DNA of 63,337 nt, filler included, from Craspedostauros australis (GCA_030167865.1; 13 parts of 13 records of this genome joined end to end with filler, not necessarily neighbours in it); one strand, 5' to 3'; positions 13,149 through 26,116 are shown, counted from the first letter of the whole stretch. Program-made: numbers and translations. The notes: generated by a model not told the origin, from the sequence alone.

Positions 13149-14098
13149 GTTAGTGCTCCTCCTCTTGGGTCGATGCTCTTGCCCTTGCTCTCTATCTCTA
13201 TCTTCGCTCGTCTCCACTTGCTGGTGTTGCACTGTCGTCACTTTCCAAATCTTTGTCTGTGGCGTGCTTTGCCGTGTTGTTTGCAAACAGGCACAGAGAG
13301 AAGAGGGAAATGGCACGACCAGAGATGATGGTCGGCGCAAGATGTGTGGTGCTTGAAGTGCTCCGACGGGATACGGCACAGAGCAAACAAACATTTGGCC
13401 GGCAATCTGTCGTTGATGACGACAACAACATCACTCTCACGATCTTCAACCATCTTCCACCATCTTCCACCCTACCCAACCGACACGAACGACCAAACAC
13501 CAAGCAAAGCCGCGTTGGCGTGTTGTCGCCCATTGTGCGAACCGTCTTCCATCTGGCCTGTTCGACGTTTGATGGTCTACGTGCATTTCACTACTGATGT
13601 TTACGTGCATTGTGGTTCTTTGCTGACGTCATGGCTGTTTCGGGCGTTCCTTCCACGACAAAGACAAAACAGCCTACATAGTCGTGACTAGAGACGCAAG
13701 CACATCATTTCGATTTCTGTGGACAACATCAGATTCCCGCACATCCCGTGTCAATTGGAAAAAGTATCTTCTTGTGATGCCATCAAGGTCAACAAGAGCA
13801 ACGGCCGCGTACGAACGAAGCACCAGGAACATGTTGCTCGTGGAAACATGGCACGAGTGCGACCGTGGACAAACAACCGCGCGAACGACAACAGAAACCG
13901 CCACGAGGATGTACGACGTATCTGATGACCGGGTGCCTGCCGTCGGCGCTACGCGTTCCAGTGACACAATCGAAACGAATGAAGCGTGAAATGGGATAGA
14001 ACCACAAGTGGCATCATCAATCCAACCCATCATCAAACGCAACGACGACGACGACGATAATAGCAAGACCACTGACAACGACGAACACAACGGTAGCG

Positions 14099-15352
14099 AT
14101 GAGATCTTCTCTCTGCTTCAGCGCTTGCCTCTTCCTTGTGGTGCTGACCGCAAACCCATGGTCCGTCCATGCCTCCACGGGGTCGTTTGGCCTTGTCCGA
14201 GGGGGCGGCGGCAGCAGCATGGGCACAAACATCGGTGGGCTCGGAAACGGCAACTCACCTCGCGTCCCATCGTTCTACGGAAAACAACAAGAACAACAGC
14301 AACGACAACAGTTGCCATCGACAGGATCGCCGATCCAACTGGCGCAGCCGCAAGGATTCGATGAAACCAACCCCGCCTTCCCAGCGCTCACACGCAGGGG
14401 CGGGCAGGACGCCGACAGTTTTGTCAAGGCGGTTGGGACCATCACGGATGGGCTCATCGCCTGCGGAAGGACCGTTCTGCCACCGACCGTGGCCTTCGTC
14501 AAGGGCGTCGTCGGGTTCTACAAAGCCCTCCCACGCGACGCGGTCATCGCGCAGGTCGGCCTGGTCTACTGCTTCGCGGGCGGCTACTACCCCACCCTCT
14601 TCTCCTCCCTGCAGGCCGCCAGGCTCTGCGGGTGGGAGGTCGCAGTCAAGGCCATCGACGAACTCGCCTGCGAGGCCATCAAGGTCATCGACGCGTCGTC
14701 CGGGATCATGAAGAAGGTCAACACGCGCCGGGAGCTCGTCATGACCCAGACCTCGATCGTCCTCAAGACCGTCGATCCCATGAAAATCAACGAGGCGGCG
14801 GCGGCCCTGTACACCACCTGGCTGGGCGTCTCCGCCGTCCTCGAGAAGGAGTACGCCCGCGTCATCAGTCTCTCACTCACGCTCTCGCGCAGCATCGAAC
14901 GGTTGGCGCATTACGTCATCGGTGCCCCGATCAAGCTGTGCATCTCGGAGGAGTATCACAAGTGGGTCCCGGTCGTGATCGGTTGGGGGTGCAAGGCGAT
15001 CGCCATCAACCTCGCCTGGCGCGTCCAGCGCGTCCTGACGGCCGGCACATCGGCCCTCACCGGCGGCCTCATGTTCTCTCGCGCCCTCCTGCGCATGCTG
15101 TCCAAGCGCGGCATCCGTTTCTTCGGAATCGCCCAGAATCTACAACCGGGTGGCTCCACGCCGTGGGAACCGACGTCCTCCAAGCTGGATGAGGTCATCG
15201 GGTTCCTGGTGGGCGGTTTGGGACTCTACACCCAGATCGAGTCGCAGTACCGCAGCGGGTTCTCCTTCCAGGTCCCCTTCCCCATCAACCTCGTGACTTG
15301 GCCATTCGACTTGGCCGAGAACTGGATCCAGTGGCAGATCACCAAGGAATGA
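14099..15352 (+). CDS. Multi-pass membrane protein of unknown function with signal peptide
   Basis: 417-aa intronless ORF with strong codon bias, an N-terminal signal peptide and several hydrophobic segments (GLVYCFAGGYYPTLF, LYTTWLGVSAVL, VIGFLVGGLGLY). Confidence 0.75.
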   Translation: MRSSLCFSACLFLVVLTANPWSVHASTGSFGLVRGGGGSSMGTNIGGLGNGNSPRVPSFYGKQQEQQQRQQLPSTGSPIQLAQPQGFDETNPAFPALTRRGGQDADSFVKAVGTITDGLIACGRTVLPPTVAFVKGVVGFYKALPRDAVIAQVGLVYCFAGGYYPTLFSSLQAARLCGWEVAVKAIDELACEAIKVIDASSGIMKKVNTRRELVMTQTSIVLKTVDPMKINEAAAALYTTWLGVSAVLEKEYARVISLSLTLSRSIERLAHYVIGAPIKLCISEEYHKWVPVVIGWGCKAIAINLAWRVQRVLTAGTSALTGGLMFSRALLRMLSKRGIRFFGIAQNLQPGGSTPWEPTSSKLDEVIGFLVGGLGLYTQIESQYRSGFSFQVPFPINLVTWPFDLAENWIQWQITKE

Positions 15353-15919
15353 TTTGACGGACGAATCGAAGAAGCCACGATGGAGTGCATGAACATGAAT
15401 GAAAAAAAACGAGAAGAAATAATAGTACATGGGCAGAGCTAAAGCATTGAAACTCAGAGAGTTTTGTTCCAGATGCGGATCTTTGGTTTGGTTGGATCTG
15501 GAGTGTGTGTTTGTCGCGATTCTTCCGTCTTGCCGAATTGGAGAATCCGAGATGTAGTCGATCGAGTCAATTGATCATTTGGATCGCATGAATCATGCTC
15601 ATGGCAAAAACAAAAAACAAGAAAAGACCGAGAATTGGCACTTCGCGAAACAACGAGTGGATCCAAACAAAGCTACGAAGGGGGAACAGTGTGACGGCAC
15701 CTTCTTCTCCTTTTCCTCTCCTTGGTGCGCGAGAGTGTTGGCAATCTTTGCTGCCCCGCACGTACACGTGTATATAATATCAAAATAGTATACATACGAC
15801 CTGGCCGAGCTAGTACACAGGAACAGCAACGCTTCATTCCTCTGTCTATCTTTCCATCGATCGATCGATCTGAACGCATCGCTTTGCCAAGACAGTCGTT
15901 GAAGAGGGACGTTGCCAAC

Positions 15920-18666
15920 GATGGCTCCAAAGCGAATGACGATATCGCTTGCATCCCTGCTGGTGCTTGGACTGTCTGGATGTGGTCAGTTGGTGCAGCA
16001 GGTGTCCGCCGCTGATGATACCACAATCACCTGCCGCACGGAATGGAGCGACGGTGAAGCGGTCGTGATCCCGGAGGACCGCATCAACGATGGATACTGC
16101 GACTGTCCTTACAGCGGCGCCGACGAGACCAAGACGGAGGCTTGCTCAGGTGCCACAGTCGGGGGATGGCCTGGCATTGCGTCCACCACCGATGACAGGT
16201 GAGATCCGCGGCAGTCATCTCAGTTGTACAGAGAGCATCACGTGGCAGCGCGAAAGTGTTGGGGTTTGCTGCCTTGCTGGGAATGGGCACAGAAGTGCAT
16301 GCGCTGCACACGTACGATCTATGACAATGCAGAAGAAGACTTGCCAGCCCGCTCGTGTGAATGCGCTTGTGCTCAATCGCTGACCCAAGTACTCCGTCTA
16401 CCTCTGTCTCTTCCCCACTCATCAATCCATTCGGACAATTGGGATAATGCGCTCTTCCCCAATCAAATCCCGCACACGGTCCATGCAAAAACGTTGCACG
16501 AGCAGCCTGACCTACTCGTGCCCGCAGCAGCCCAGGCTCCATCTGCCAATCTCGAGAGTCAACGACGGCATTTGCGACTGCTGTGATGGTTCCGACGAAT
16601 CCGCGCGCGGTAACTGTCCCGATATCTGCGAACAGGTCCTGGCGGAGGAACGTGCGGTGATGGCCAAGGCCCAAGCAGACTTTGCGATCGGCAGCGAAAA
16701 GCGCGCGAAGGATCTGCACGAGTTTGCCGAGGCGGTGGCCCAGGCCGAGAAGAAGGCCGACGACATCAGTGCGGAGATTGAGAGCATCGATGATGTCGGG
16801 ATTCTGAATGATATCGAGTCGGTCAAAAGCTCCTACCTGGAACAGCGCATTGCTGCTGCGGATGTGGCCTCGGAGCATGTCACGATGGTCACCCTGTTCC
16901 AGTCCATGACAGATGACGAGATCATCTCGCTCATTGTGCACGCATGTCAGGTTGCAGGAGAGATGGAGGGTGCTTCCGACGACGGAACCTGCGTGCCGCT
17001 GCGGTTGGCTGGATTCGAAGCGTCGGTCGTGTGGGACAAGGAGAACTTTGAGGATCCTGAGAGTGTCGAGATGCTGTTCAACGGATTCGATGAAGCAGCA
17101 CTGCTGGATGTCGTCGCAAAGAATGCCAGACATCCAAATGCTCAACCGTTGTGGGACATTTCCTCCACGGCCAACGGGCGGCAACGCTTGGAAGAAGTGT
17201 ACGAGGATGATCCAGATTACATGGGCGATTACAATGGGGACTACGGCGTCCACGACCATTACTCCCATTACGATGACATCGATGGCGTCGATGGCGTCGA
17301 TGACGTCGATTATGAGATTGACGATCGTCGCAGCAGAGCGAGCAAGAAGCCGGGCTCTGCACTCACTGGCAAGCAGAGGGAAGCAGTGACGGAGGTACAG
17401 AAAACAACCTTCTCTCACACTCGATCCATGTTCGTGGCAAAGTCCATGCGCGTTGTGACAGAGATCACGAAGTTGCTTGACGCTGCGTCCGATGACGATA
17501 CTGATGTCGATGTTGATGACACCGACGACACGAAGGAGGGTGGCGATGCGGATACGGATGCGGATGCCGCGAACGATGGCGGCGACAAGGAAACCAGCCC
17601 CAACTTCGATCCAGCTGCGCTCACCATGGTTCGAACCACCTTGAAACGCAGACAGGAGCGCATCATGCGGGGTCTCAAGTATGCAGCATCTGCCAAACAT
17701 CTCTTGCGTCCCAGCGTCTTCGAAGGTGCCGATGAAGATGAGAAGAGGATGCTTCTTGTGTCACTCGCCACCGGCGTGTTGTACCATTCCAAACTCAGAA
17801 CCATCCATGTCTGGCAGATACTTCAAACCATCCTTCCCGAGTTCGAACCATCGTTCGTCAAGGACGAGAAGACATGCTCTTCACCGTGGTCGGTGGCATG
17901 TCCACCCAAGTTGGCGAAGAGATCATCCGGAGGCAGCGTGCCACCTCAATTCACCCTGGCAACAGCCGAGACGTTCTGCAATGAACAAGTTGAGGAGGCG
18001 TTGGAAGGTGTTTGCGGCGGCGACGCTGAAAGTGGCGATGTCTCAGACTCCGTCGCATTGCCCTCGTCAGCCCCCGATGGCCAGTACGGTTACCACGAGA
18101 TCACACCAAGAGACGCTTCCGATCCGTTGGCCGTGGCCTTTGAATATCTCGACTCCGTGACCATACCGAAGAGCCAGCTCGATGATCTGGAGGCGAAGCT
18201 CAAGGGATTGCACAACAGATCGAAGGACCTGAACCGCAAGATTGATCAGCTTTGGAAGACCGTGGGAGGTCGAGAACAAGACCGCATGGGACCCAACGGA
18301 GAGCTGTTTGGTATCAGCAACGAATGCTTCGTCGTCGAGGCTGGCAAGTACGAATACGAACTGTGCATATTCGGCAAGGCCTACCAAAGAGACCGAGGCG
18401 GAGCCAGCAAGTCCGGAACGAGTCTGGGAAGCTGGAGGAAGATGGAGGTAGACGAAGAGAGCGGCAACCGGATCTTCCGCTGGGAGGGTGGTGCCAAATG
18501 CTGGAATGGCCCAGAGCGATCGGCAACGGCCGTCGTCACATGCGGCGCCGAAACCCGAGTGCTGTCTGCAGACGAACCGGAGACGTGCGCATACGGCATG
18601 CAGATGGAAAGTCACATTGCGTGCGATGACACATTCCGAAAACAAAATGAGATCCCGTTGCCGTAG
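15920..18666 (+). CDS. Glucosidase II beta subunit-like (PRKCSH-like); exons 15920-16198 and 16506-18666
   Basis: Signal peptide. Two LDLa-like motifs (RINDGYCDCP..GADE, RVNDGICDCCDGSDE), coiled coil, acidic region and a C-terminal MRH domain (KYEYELCIFG...GGAKCWNGPERSATAVVTCG...EPETCAY). Phase-2 GTGAG...CAG intron 16199-16505. Confidence 0.88.
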
Positions 18667-19004
18667 CTTTATGGAACAGTAGTAGTCATCGTAGTCTGAA
18701 CTAATTAGGAATTGGATTGACGAACATCGTATAGCAAAGCGAAATGACTGCAATTGGAATGCGAAACAGAACGGGAACGGAAGCAGCATTTCGTACATCT
18801 GCTTGGTCGTTCACTCGTTCGTTCTCAGGCAGTGTAAAACCGTGCGCACTGTGAAAGCATCTGTACTGTTATTCGTCGTACTATCTATCAAGGTTTCGCA
18901 TTTCATCTCAATTTGGAGCATTTGCAAGTCCGAGTATGCACTCGTAGAGCGGAGCAGAGTCCCCCGCACTCCAGGAATTGCAGACCCTCCAAAAGCTTCC
19001 TCCG

Positions 19005-20723
19005 TCAATCCAGTCTCTGTCGCTTGGTTGGGTGATCATCTGTGCCATCCATGACCTCAAAGAGAGGAACGATAGATAGCTGGTTGTCCAAATGTTCTTC
19101 AATTGCGTCCACTCGTTCTCGCAGGATCATGAGACCCCGGACTTCTTCCAACCGAATTGCTGTGCCGTACATGCCGCGATAATGGTTGCTCTTTGCATTC
19201 CCATGATCCACCAACTCTTTCTGCAATTGTTGGAATACCTCAATGCACGCGGGTGCTGGAGTCGCTCGTTCCTCCGCTATGTACGTGCGGCATTTCCAAT
19301 CGATCGCCTCGCGCAACGCCTGACACACGAGATGACCCAAATAGCAGTCTTCCAGGATGGTGTGATCCAACAACGTGGGATCACCTCGAAACAGTTCTTG
19401 ATAGATGTCATTGGGCAAGAATTGCAAAGCGATCAAAGTGATGAGATCTTCTCCCAAAATGGAAGCATGGGACAATGCGATAGTGTCGGGAAGGATGTCA
19501 TCCAATATTCGGGTTGGTAGATTTGCGACATCCCACGTCTCGTCATCGCCGCTCTGAAGTTGCTTTTGAAGTCGTTCGGGATAGTCCGAATTGGCAACGG
19601 ATTGGCACGCCTCAATGATTTTGGATTTGAAGAACGTTGCCATGGTCATGTCCTGGGAGCATTGTGTTGTGAGCGAGCGCCCGCAGCGTTCCACCATCTG
19701 CTTTTGAATGGAATCATGCGGGATGAAGCCGAAGGTTTGCAACATCTGTGCCGATGTCAGAGATTGGCCGTAGGAATGATAGACTTCTTCGTTTTGCGCG
19801 ATATCGCGTTCGGCCGTCATGAAGAAAGAGCCACCCTCGTCCATTCGCAGCGTCGTCGAGGACTTTGAGGGATTATGATTGAGCAAGTCAATGGCAGGCA
19901 GCAAGAAGGGTCCGTCGTACGTTGTGGAGATTGGTGGTTGAACGGCGGTTGTTGTTGTTGTTGCTACTGCTGACGATGATGCTGCCGAAGATGCTCGTTG
20001 GACGGTCGTGGCAGCTGTCGGTTCCTGCATCGATGGGGATGCGACCCGCGCACTGCAATGAAATCCTCGCGTCGAGATGCACATGCAGGCATCCACAAAT
20101 GTCTCCATTTCCTCCTTGCTTGGAGATTCGCCATCCGCAACCAATCCCAGATGTCGCAAAAACGGACGCACTCCATTCTGATAGCGTTGCTGCAATGCCC
20201 CATCCTTGCGATCTGCAAGCGCAATCACGCCCAGGGTTGTGCCACGTAAGAATTGCTGCAACTCCTCCACCGTCCATTGCAGTATGGATTCGTACGCATC
20301 CTGCGGCAAGGAATTCAAGTACGGTTCGAACCGCTGACTGTGTTGAGTATCTTTTGATGGTTCGTTGTTCGTCGTACAGCTTTGAATGTACGCCGCCACA
20401 CATCGAAGCCATGGTGAAGCATGCTTCGAAGGCTCTGTTGCTGATGCTGCTGCCTCATTGGGTGATTGCCATGTGGCAGCGACCGATGCACCGCTCACGA
20501 CGGATGTGGGCATCACTCGAATGAGCAGTTCCCCTTTCAAAATTGGCTCATTCGCGATGACGCCACGCGATGGGCCATTGCCGGATAGCGCCAACGCGGC
20601 ATGGATGGCGCCTCCGTCCTGTTCGATCCATTCTTTCAAGTTCTTCCAAATATCGCCGCTTGATTTCGGCGGTGGTTGGGGCAACGCCGCTGATGGTATT
20701 CCGGGGAAAGTTGGAGACGCCAT
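19005..20723 (-). CDS. SET-domain protein lysine methyltransferase, SETD6/Rubisco-LSMT type
   Basis: RGVIANEPILKGELL, PYLNSLP, ISTRGF, LLPAIDLLNH, AERDIAQNEEVYHSYG and MLQTFGF. NLS-like C-terminus PTKRQRLD. Confidence 0.85.
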   Translation of the reverse strand: MASPTFPGIPSAALPQPPPKSSGDIWKNLKEWIEQDGGAIHAALALSGNGPSRGVIANEPILKGELLIRVMPTSVVSGASVAATWQSPNEAAASATEPSKHASPWLRCVAAYIQSCTTNNEPSKDTQHSQRFEPYLNSLPQDAYESILQWTVEELQQFLRGTTLGVIALADRKDGALQQRYQNGVRPFLRHLGLVADGESPSKEEMETFVDACMCISTRGFHCSARVASPSMQEPTAATTVQRASSAASSSAVATTTTTAVQPPISTTYDGPFLLPAIDLLNHNPSKSSTTLRMDEGGSFFMTAERDIAQNEEVYHSYGQSLTSAQMLQTFGFIPHDSIQKQMVERCGRSLTTQCSQDMTMATFFKSKIIEACQSVANSDYPERLQKQLQSGDDETWDVANLPTRILDDILPDTIALSHASILGEDLITLIALQFLPNDIYQELFRGDPTLLDHTILEDCYLGHLVCQALREAIDWKCRTYIAEERATPAPACIEVFQQLQKELVDHGNAKSNHYRGMYGTAIRLEEVRGLMILRERVDAIEEHLDNQLSIVPLFEVMDGTDDHPTKRQRLD

Positions 20724-21190
20724 TCGATTTACTTTCTCTTGGTAGCATTGACGGTGCTTGGATCTCCCAATGCGACGACGCGGACCACACACATCGCAAC
20801 AATGTGCATTGCAGACAAAGCCAGATGCGAAAAAATGGGTGGTGATTCATGGTTGTGGTATCTTGTGTGCAAGAATGTCATCAAAACGTCGTATGCGACA
20901 TGGCCACAGTCGCTCCGCGTGGAGGCAAAGCCCAAAACCAGCACCAAGAATCAACCACCACCAACACCACCAACGAAGAAAAACACGATGAAAAAGGAAC
21001 GACAATGATGACCAAGCCGCCAGCCGTTCCACGTTGTTACCACCTACATATTCAACAGACGAAACAAAACAAAACGAAACGACACGGAACCAAGCACAAT
21101 AGAGCAACACAAGCAGAACAGATCCGAGATAATCAAGAGAACAGCAAGACCGGTCCTCGAAAGTACGAACACCAGTACTGCACAAACATC

Positions 21191-22062
21191 ATGCACACTC
21201 TTTGGGTCCGGTTGAATGCCGTTGTCTTCTTCGGATTGACCGTCCTGCTTGGACTTTCCTGCCTGGCCGCAGTCTCCAAGATCGGCCATTCACTTTACTA
21301 CAAGCCAGGTCCGTCACTCTATCTCCTGCTGACATCTAAGCAGCCTCATATCCAAACAGGCACCATTGTACATGTGATGAAGGGAGAGGATGGCTGTCTG
21401 GGGGACCATCAATCTCAACCAGCGCTCAGTCTGCTTCATCCGGTCCGTTTACCGGAGCTGAGTGCCATGCTCGTACCTGGAGTACTCTTCTCCACAATGA
21501 CTAGAGTAGTCTGTATTCCACTCTGCTGCACTGCACACCATTGCGCTCCGCGTTTTCTCACTTTCTTGGCAACTACTCTGCCCGATCTGCTCCTCCACAA
21601 TCACACACACACACACACACTCTCTCTCGCCCCCTCCCTCTCCACATTTGCGCAGTCATCCACAACCTGGAAATCCGAAAACTGCGATCATTGAAGTCAC
21701 ATGGCGGCGTCGACCGCGCTCTGCTGTCGTTCGACATCCACGCCGACATGGCGCCCGCCTTCCATTGGAATATCAAGCAGCTGTTTGTGTATGTTGTCGC
21801 ATCGTACGAGACTCCCAACAAGAAGATCAATCAGATTGTGGTTTGGGACAAGATTATCGAGGCGATAGATCCCAACAAGGTCATCGAACAAGAGAATTTG
21901 TTCGTCAAGTACGCCTTGGTCGATCAGGGCAAGGAGCTGAGAGGCAAGGACATCACGTTGCAGCTCATGTGGGATCACATGCCAACGACTGGATTGCTGT
22001 ACCAAGGGCGACAGGACATTGCGGAGACGACATCCTTCGTGTTGCCAAACGAATACCAATAG
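21191..22062 (+). CDS. SPCS3: Signal peptidase complex subunit 3 (SPC22/23); exons 21191-21308 and 21656-22062
   Basis: MHTLWVRLNAVVFF N-terminus and the motif FDIHADMAPAFHWNIKQLFVYVVASYET...NQIVVWDKII. Phase-1 GT...GCAG intron 21309-21655. Confidence 0.92.
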
Positions 22063-22449
22063 AGAACTGTTAATGTACTCTCCAGAGTATCATACGAGGA
22101 GGCAGCACGGTTCTGCACCACGTTCGGAAACTTGATCATGCGCGCTCTGCCACCTCACGATGTGTCAGTCTTGTCCACCATGCAAACGACCAAGTTGAAC
22201 TCGCATGCGGCAAATCTGCTTCGTCTGCTCAATGTATTGCGAATTGAATTCAGTTGCCTGTCTCGCGCGGGACCATGTGATGGAATGAACGGATGATACA
22301 TAATAGAAGACATGACCTGACCTGGGGAGGACTTCAATGGAGGAAAATGATGACCTCATCACAGTCTGGGCTATGTCCGTCTGTGTTCATCTTCCACACC
22401 TCTCAGGAACACCTCATGAATCTGTTTCCCCCAATTCAAAGCCCCCTTT

Positions 22450-24425
22450 CACAGGTTAGCGACCGTCATTGGTCTGCTTGTTGATGTCCTGGCTGTATTT
22501 CGCACACAAACACATATGCACACCACCAACTTCCGTCTTTTTCACCCTCTCCACCATGGTGCACACCAGCAACTCTCCCAGCACTGGCGGGTCCACCACC
22601 GACGATCCTACAAACGTCGCACCTCCCATCGATAGTGTGAGTGGCGGTGAACCCCTTCTTGACCCGGCGCCGCCTCTGGAAGCAGTGGCGTTCATGCCTG
22701 GCGCTCTGGTCCAGCCCGTCCTCCGCACCATGTACTTCTCCCCGCGTGGCATTGATGTTGTTGCAAAGTACTTTCAGTACTGCGAGGATGAGGATGCCGT
22801 TTGGGGCCGCATTCATCATCTTTTGTCCACCGAGGAGGATTGGCACACTTCAATGGCACTCCAACACTTTGGCAACATTGGGCCGGCTGACCTCAACAAG
22901 CCCAAGACCCCCCACGGCTGGTTCCAGAAGTGAGCACTACCTCCTTTGTTGCAGTGGGGCAACTTCAGCTCTGCCATGTGAGGTGATGGCATGTCTCTGT
23001 CTCCTTATGCAGCTCCAGTGCCTGTTCCGCCCCCAGAGGCTGTGTGCAATGATCCCACACCATGTACAACAGGTGCCTCAGCCAAAGCTCAAAATCCCAA
23101 TGACTCCAATGGTATGACAAGTGGCACCCACAGCTTTGTGGAAGACCCCATTCTTTCAGCCATGTCTGCTCCTGGCGTTACTACTCCAGACACCTGAACA
23201 CCAAGTGCGCCTCCTGTGCGCTTCATTTCAAGCCTGGTCCTGCCAGCCCACATTGATGATCATCCTAACTTCTACAAGGACATCCAACATGATGAGGCTT
23301 CGAATTGAACCAAGTACAAACCTGTCATGCCCTATGGTGCAGACCTTGGGCCTGTCGAGATGTACATTTGAGTATATGTCGAGATGTACGAGTATATGTG
23401 CATTGTTCACCCGCTATTCTCTCATACGCACTTGGACGGTATAACTACATTCGTGTCAATAGTATTCTGTGATTCATCAGAATTACAGCGGAAATGGAAC
23501 ACACGAAAATGAGCAAGATTTCTGGAGGAAATTTGCAGTCGACGATTTCTGAGAGAATTAGAATATCGTCCGTCCATCCATCAATGGTACCAAGAGAATC
23601 TCGAGGCACTTCCCAACTAAACCTCAGATGACGATATCATCTGACAGACTACTGCATCACCAATGGAACGTGACATCTGGAGAGCAGAAGGACGCCTACT
23701 GACGTCCACAGGATGTCATCATGTCACCACGTCGACATCTGTCTCCAAGTCAGAGCAGGAGGCGAAGATCCGATGACCGAAGAGGATCAGGATCATGGAT
23801 ACAGAAGGTGAACTTCAAATGGCAAGTACTCATGGAGTAGGAGCCAGTACTGAATGAACGAAGTGTTGAATGCAGAGTACGCATCAAACACGGAGTATCG
23901 TGTAGCACGAGCACACGATGTTGAGAGAGAGAGAGAGAGAATACAGAGAGGAGCGAGAGAGCATCTCGCGTACCGACTCATAGTCGGAGACTGAATCAAT
24001 GAAACAGATTGAAGCGCCGAGAGCATCGGGCAAGAGAACGGGCGTACACCAAGAGGATCGGAGTAGCTAACTAATGAAATAGCAAACGAACGACTATCAA
24101 CCAACACCATCTTCCACGATCGTAGGTTACCGTGAGCGGAACTTGCCAACATGGGCCACACCCAACTTGGAAGGTATGGGGAAGTGCCTGCATCAGCATT
24201 GATCTGTGCAGCTTCTCTGACGCATTCATCCCAAAGCTCTCCTTGCTTGAGACACATACCATCTGTGCTTGGTACAATCACTATCAGCAGGTGGCTTCAC
24301 AGTTTGGCATTCACATTGTCCCACTCTCCATGTACCATGTGGACTTCATTGTCTTTCCATCCTTGCTTTGAAGCATTGTAGTTGCAGTGATCAACAATGC
24401 CCACTTCCTCAAGCTCACCACCCCA
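22450..24425 (+). mobile_element. Decayed retroelement-like sequence, interrupted by a nested solo LTR
   Basis: Broken ORF from 22557 (MVHTSNSP...) with premature stops, CpG-poor and TG/CA-rich. An ACA-GGTT junction at ~22451 resembles an LTR/PBS boundary. Confidence 0.35.
23353..24151. mobile_element. Solo LTR, 799 bp, with 6-bp target-site duplication TGGGCC
   Basis: Starts TGTCG and ends CAACA. Identical TGGGCC lies immediately on both sides (23347-23352 and 24152-24157). Non-coding, with composition different from the flanks. Confidence 0.7.
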
Positions 24426-26116
24426 TGTTAGAACGAAATCAGGGATGGGATTCCGCACCGAAACGTAGAGTGATCAGATCGTTGTTGGGGTGAGGATGAG
24501 TGTTGTTATTGAGTATTATTCGTATGAGTAGTAGGAATGCAGGCGAGCTCACAAGATGGTTTCTTGAGAACTGTGAGCATGAGAGAGGCATGACATGATC
24601 TCATGCAATTGCAAGTAGAATTAACACGGAGACAACACGACAAATGTGCGTGTTACTGCGTGGAGAAGATTTGCAAAAGTCAATGAACAAAACACCGCGA
24701 TACCCCGTGTTGTGAATTACGTCTTCTCACGATGTTGCTAGTAGTACNNNNNNNNNNNNNNNNNNNNNNNNNNNNNNNNNNNNNNNNNNNNTTAATTAAT
24801 TAANNNNNNNNNNNNNNNNNNNNNNNNNNNNNNNNNNNNNNNNNNNNGGTTGCACGGAGTTGGTACATGTTCACACCATCAACAACACGCACCAACGTAC
24901 AACAACACCACACATCAGAGATGGAGACATCGAATGACTGCGAATCATCACGTGAACCATTTCCGTTTCGCATTCATTTCGACTCCGCATCCGTTTTGTT
25001 TCGTTTGGAATCTTCTGACATGGGAAAGTGAGATGATGTGTGCGACGGAGTCAGCAGAGGAATTGGGTGGATGGGACGATGACGTGGGTCATTGGCAATG
25101 TGTGAAGTTTGATTGGAGAAGTTTGCGTCGACGTTTCCTCTCTTCTGGTTTGTGATTGGTCAGTACAGCTCAGTAGCGCACTTGTCAGATTTATGGACAG
25201 GAACAACACAGGGTTCGCCGTGCTCATTCATGTTCGCAACAACAGAGATCCACAAACAGGTGGGAAATACTGACAACAGAAAACACACCCATCAATGTGA
25301 CGTCAGCCAACACGCAACCACCAAATCCACCAACACATCAAACCAACACACACACAATCCGCCACCAACGTCGTTCCTCTTGACGCTTGGCTCTTGACTT
25401 CGCAGGGCAATGCAACGCAACGCAGCGTAACGCGTCAACAATGAGACCAACGAAGACATGACCACATCAGGGTGGACACAATCAGAGAAGACGTTTCCTC
25501 ACAATCTGACATGATGCAAATGCGAAATCGTGGATTCCTTTCCGAGAAAGTATGAAGTGGCCATGACGAACAAGAAGGCTTCCTATCCGCAGCGCACCAT
25601 CCCAAGACACACGAGTTGAGGACGAGTACACCTGCACAACCATGACGCAACTTTTCTATCAGGTGCATCGATGGATGAGTTGGCAACCGACCTGATTTAA
25701 TCAATCCAGAGATGAAGATGGATCTTGAGGAATGATTTCCATCCGAAAGGGTGAACTGCGGAATGGATTGGATCTTCGTAGCCACGGAGATGACAGCGAC
25801 GACGTTTCTTACTTATCCCACCATTCGAATCAATTCGACATTCTGGAGAGCGAGTTGCGCTCTGTGATACGTCTGAATTCAAGTTTGTAGACACCAGCGA
25901 TCGAATCATATGCAATACGAATGTACTCTCCAACGACCTCTCCATACGACACCTACAGCACACGAAGAACGTTTCAATGATGTATTTGTAATCTGACTAT
26001 CCCTCGCCAAAACTAACATGGCGAGCGCTTATCTTCGATTCTTCTTGCTTACTCTCCATACATTCATGTATTCATTAACGTACTGATGTGGATACCTGTG
26101 ACAGCGGTTCGACGCT

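Noticed and set aside
16084..17700. 538-aa antisense ORF, and similar ones at 29845-31410, 41652-42794, 44833-46035 and 7752-8750
   Set aside because: Shadow ORFs opposite well-supported, codon-biased genes, with no independent motifs.
20849..21190. Long N-terminal extension of the SPCS3 ORF; similar extensions on the sulfotransferase and SET paralog 2 ORFs
   Set aside because: Simple-repeat 5' UTR or promoter sequence upstream of the family-typical start Met.
24426..24747. Possible further LTR starting TGTTAG
   Set aside because: The other end is cut by the contig break, so no TSD or terminal repeat can be verified.
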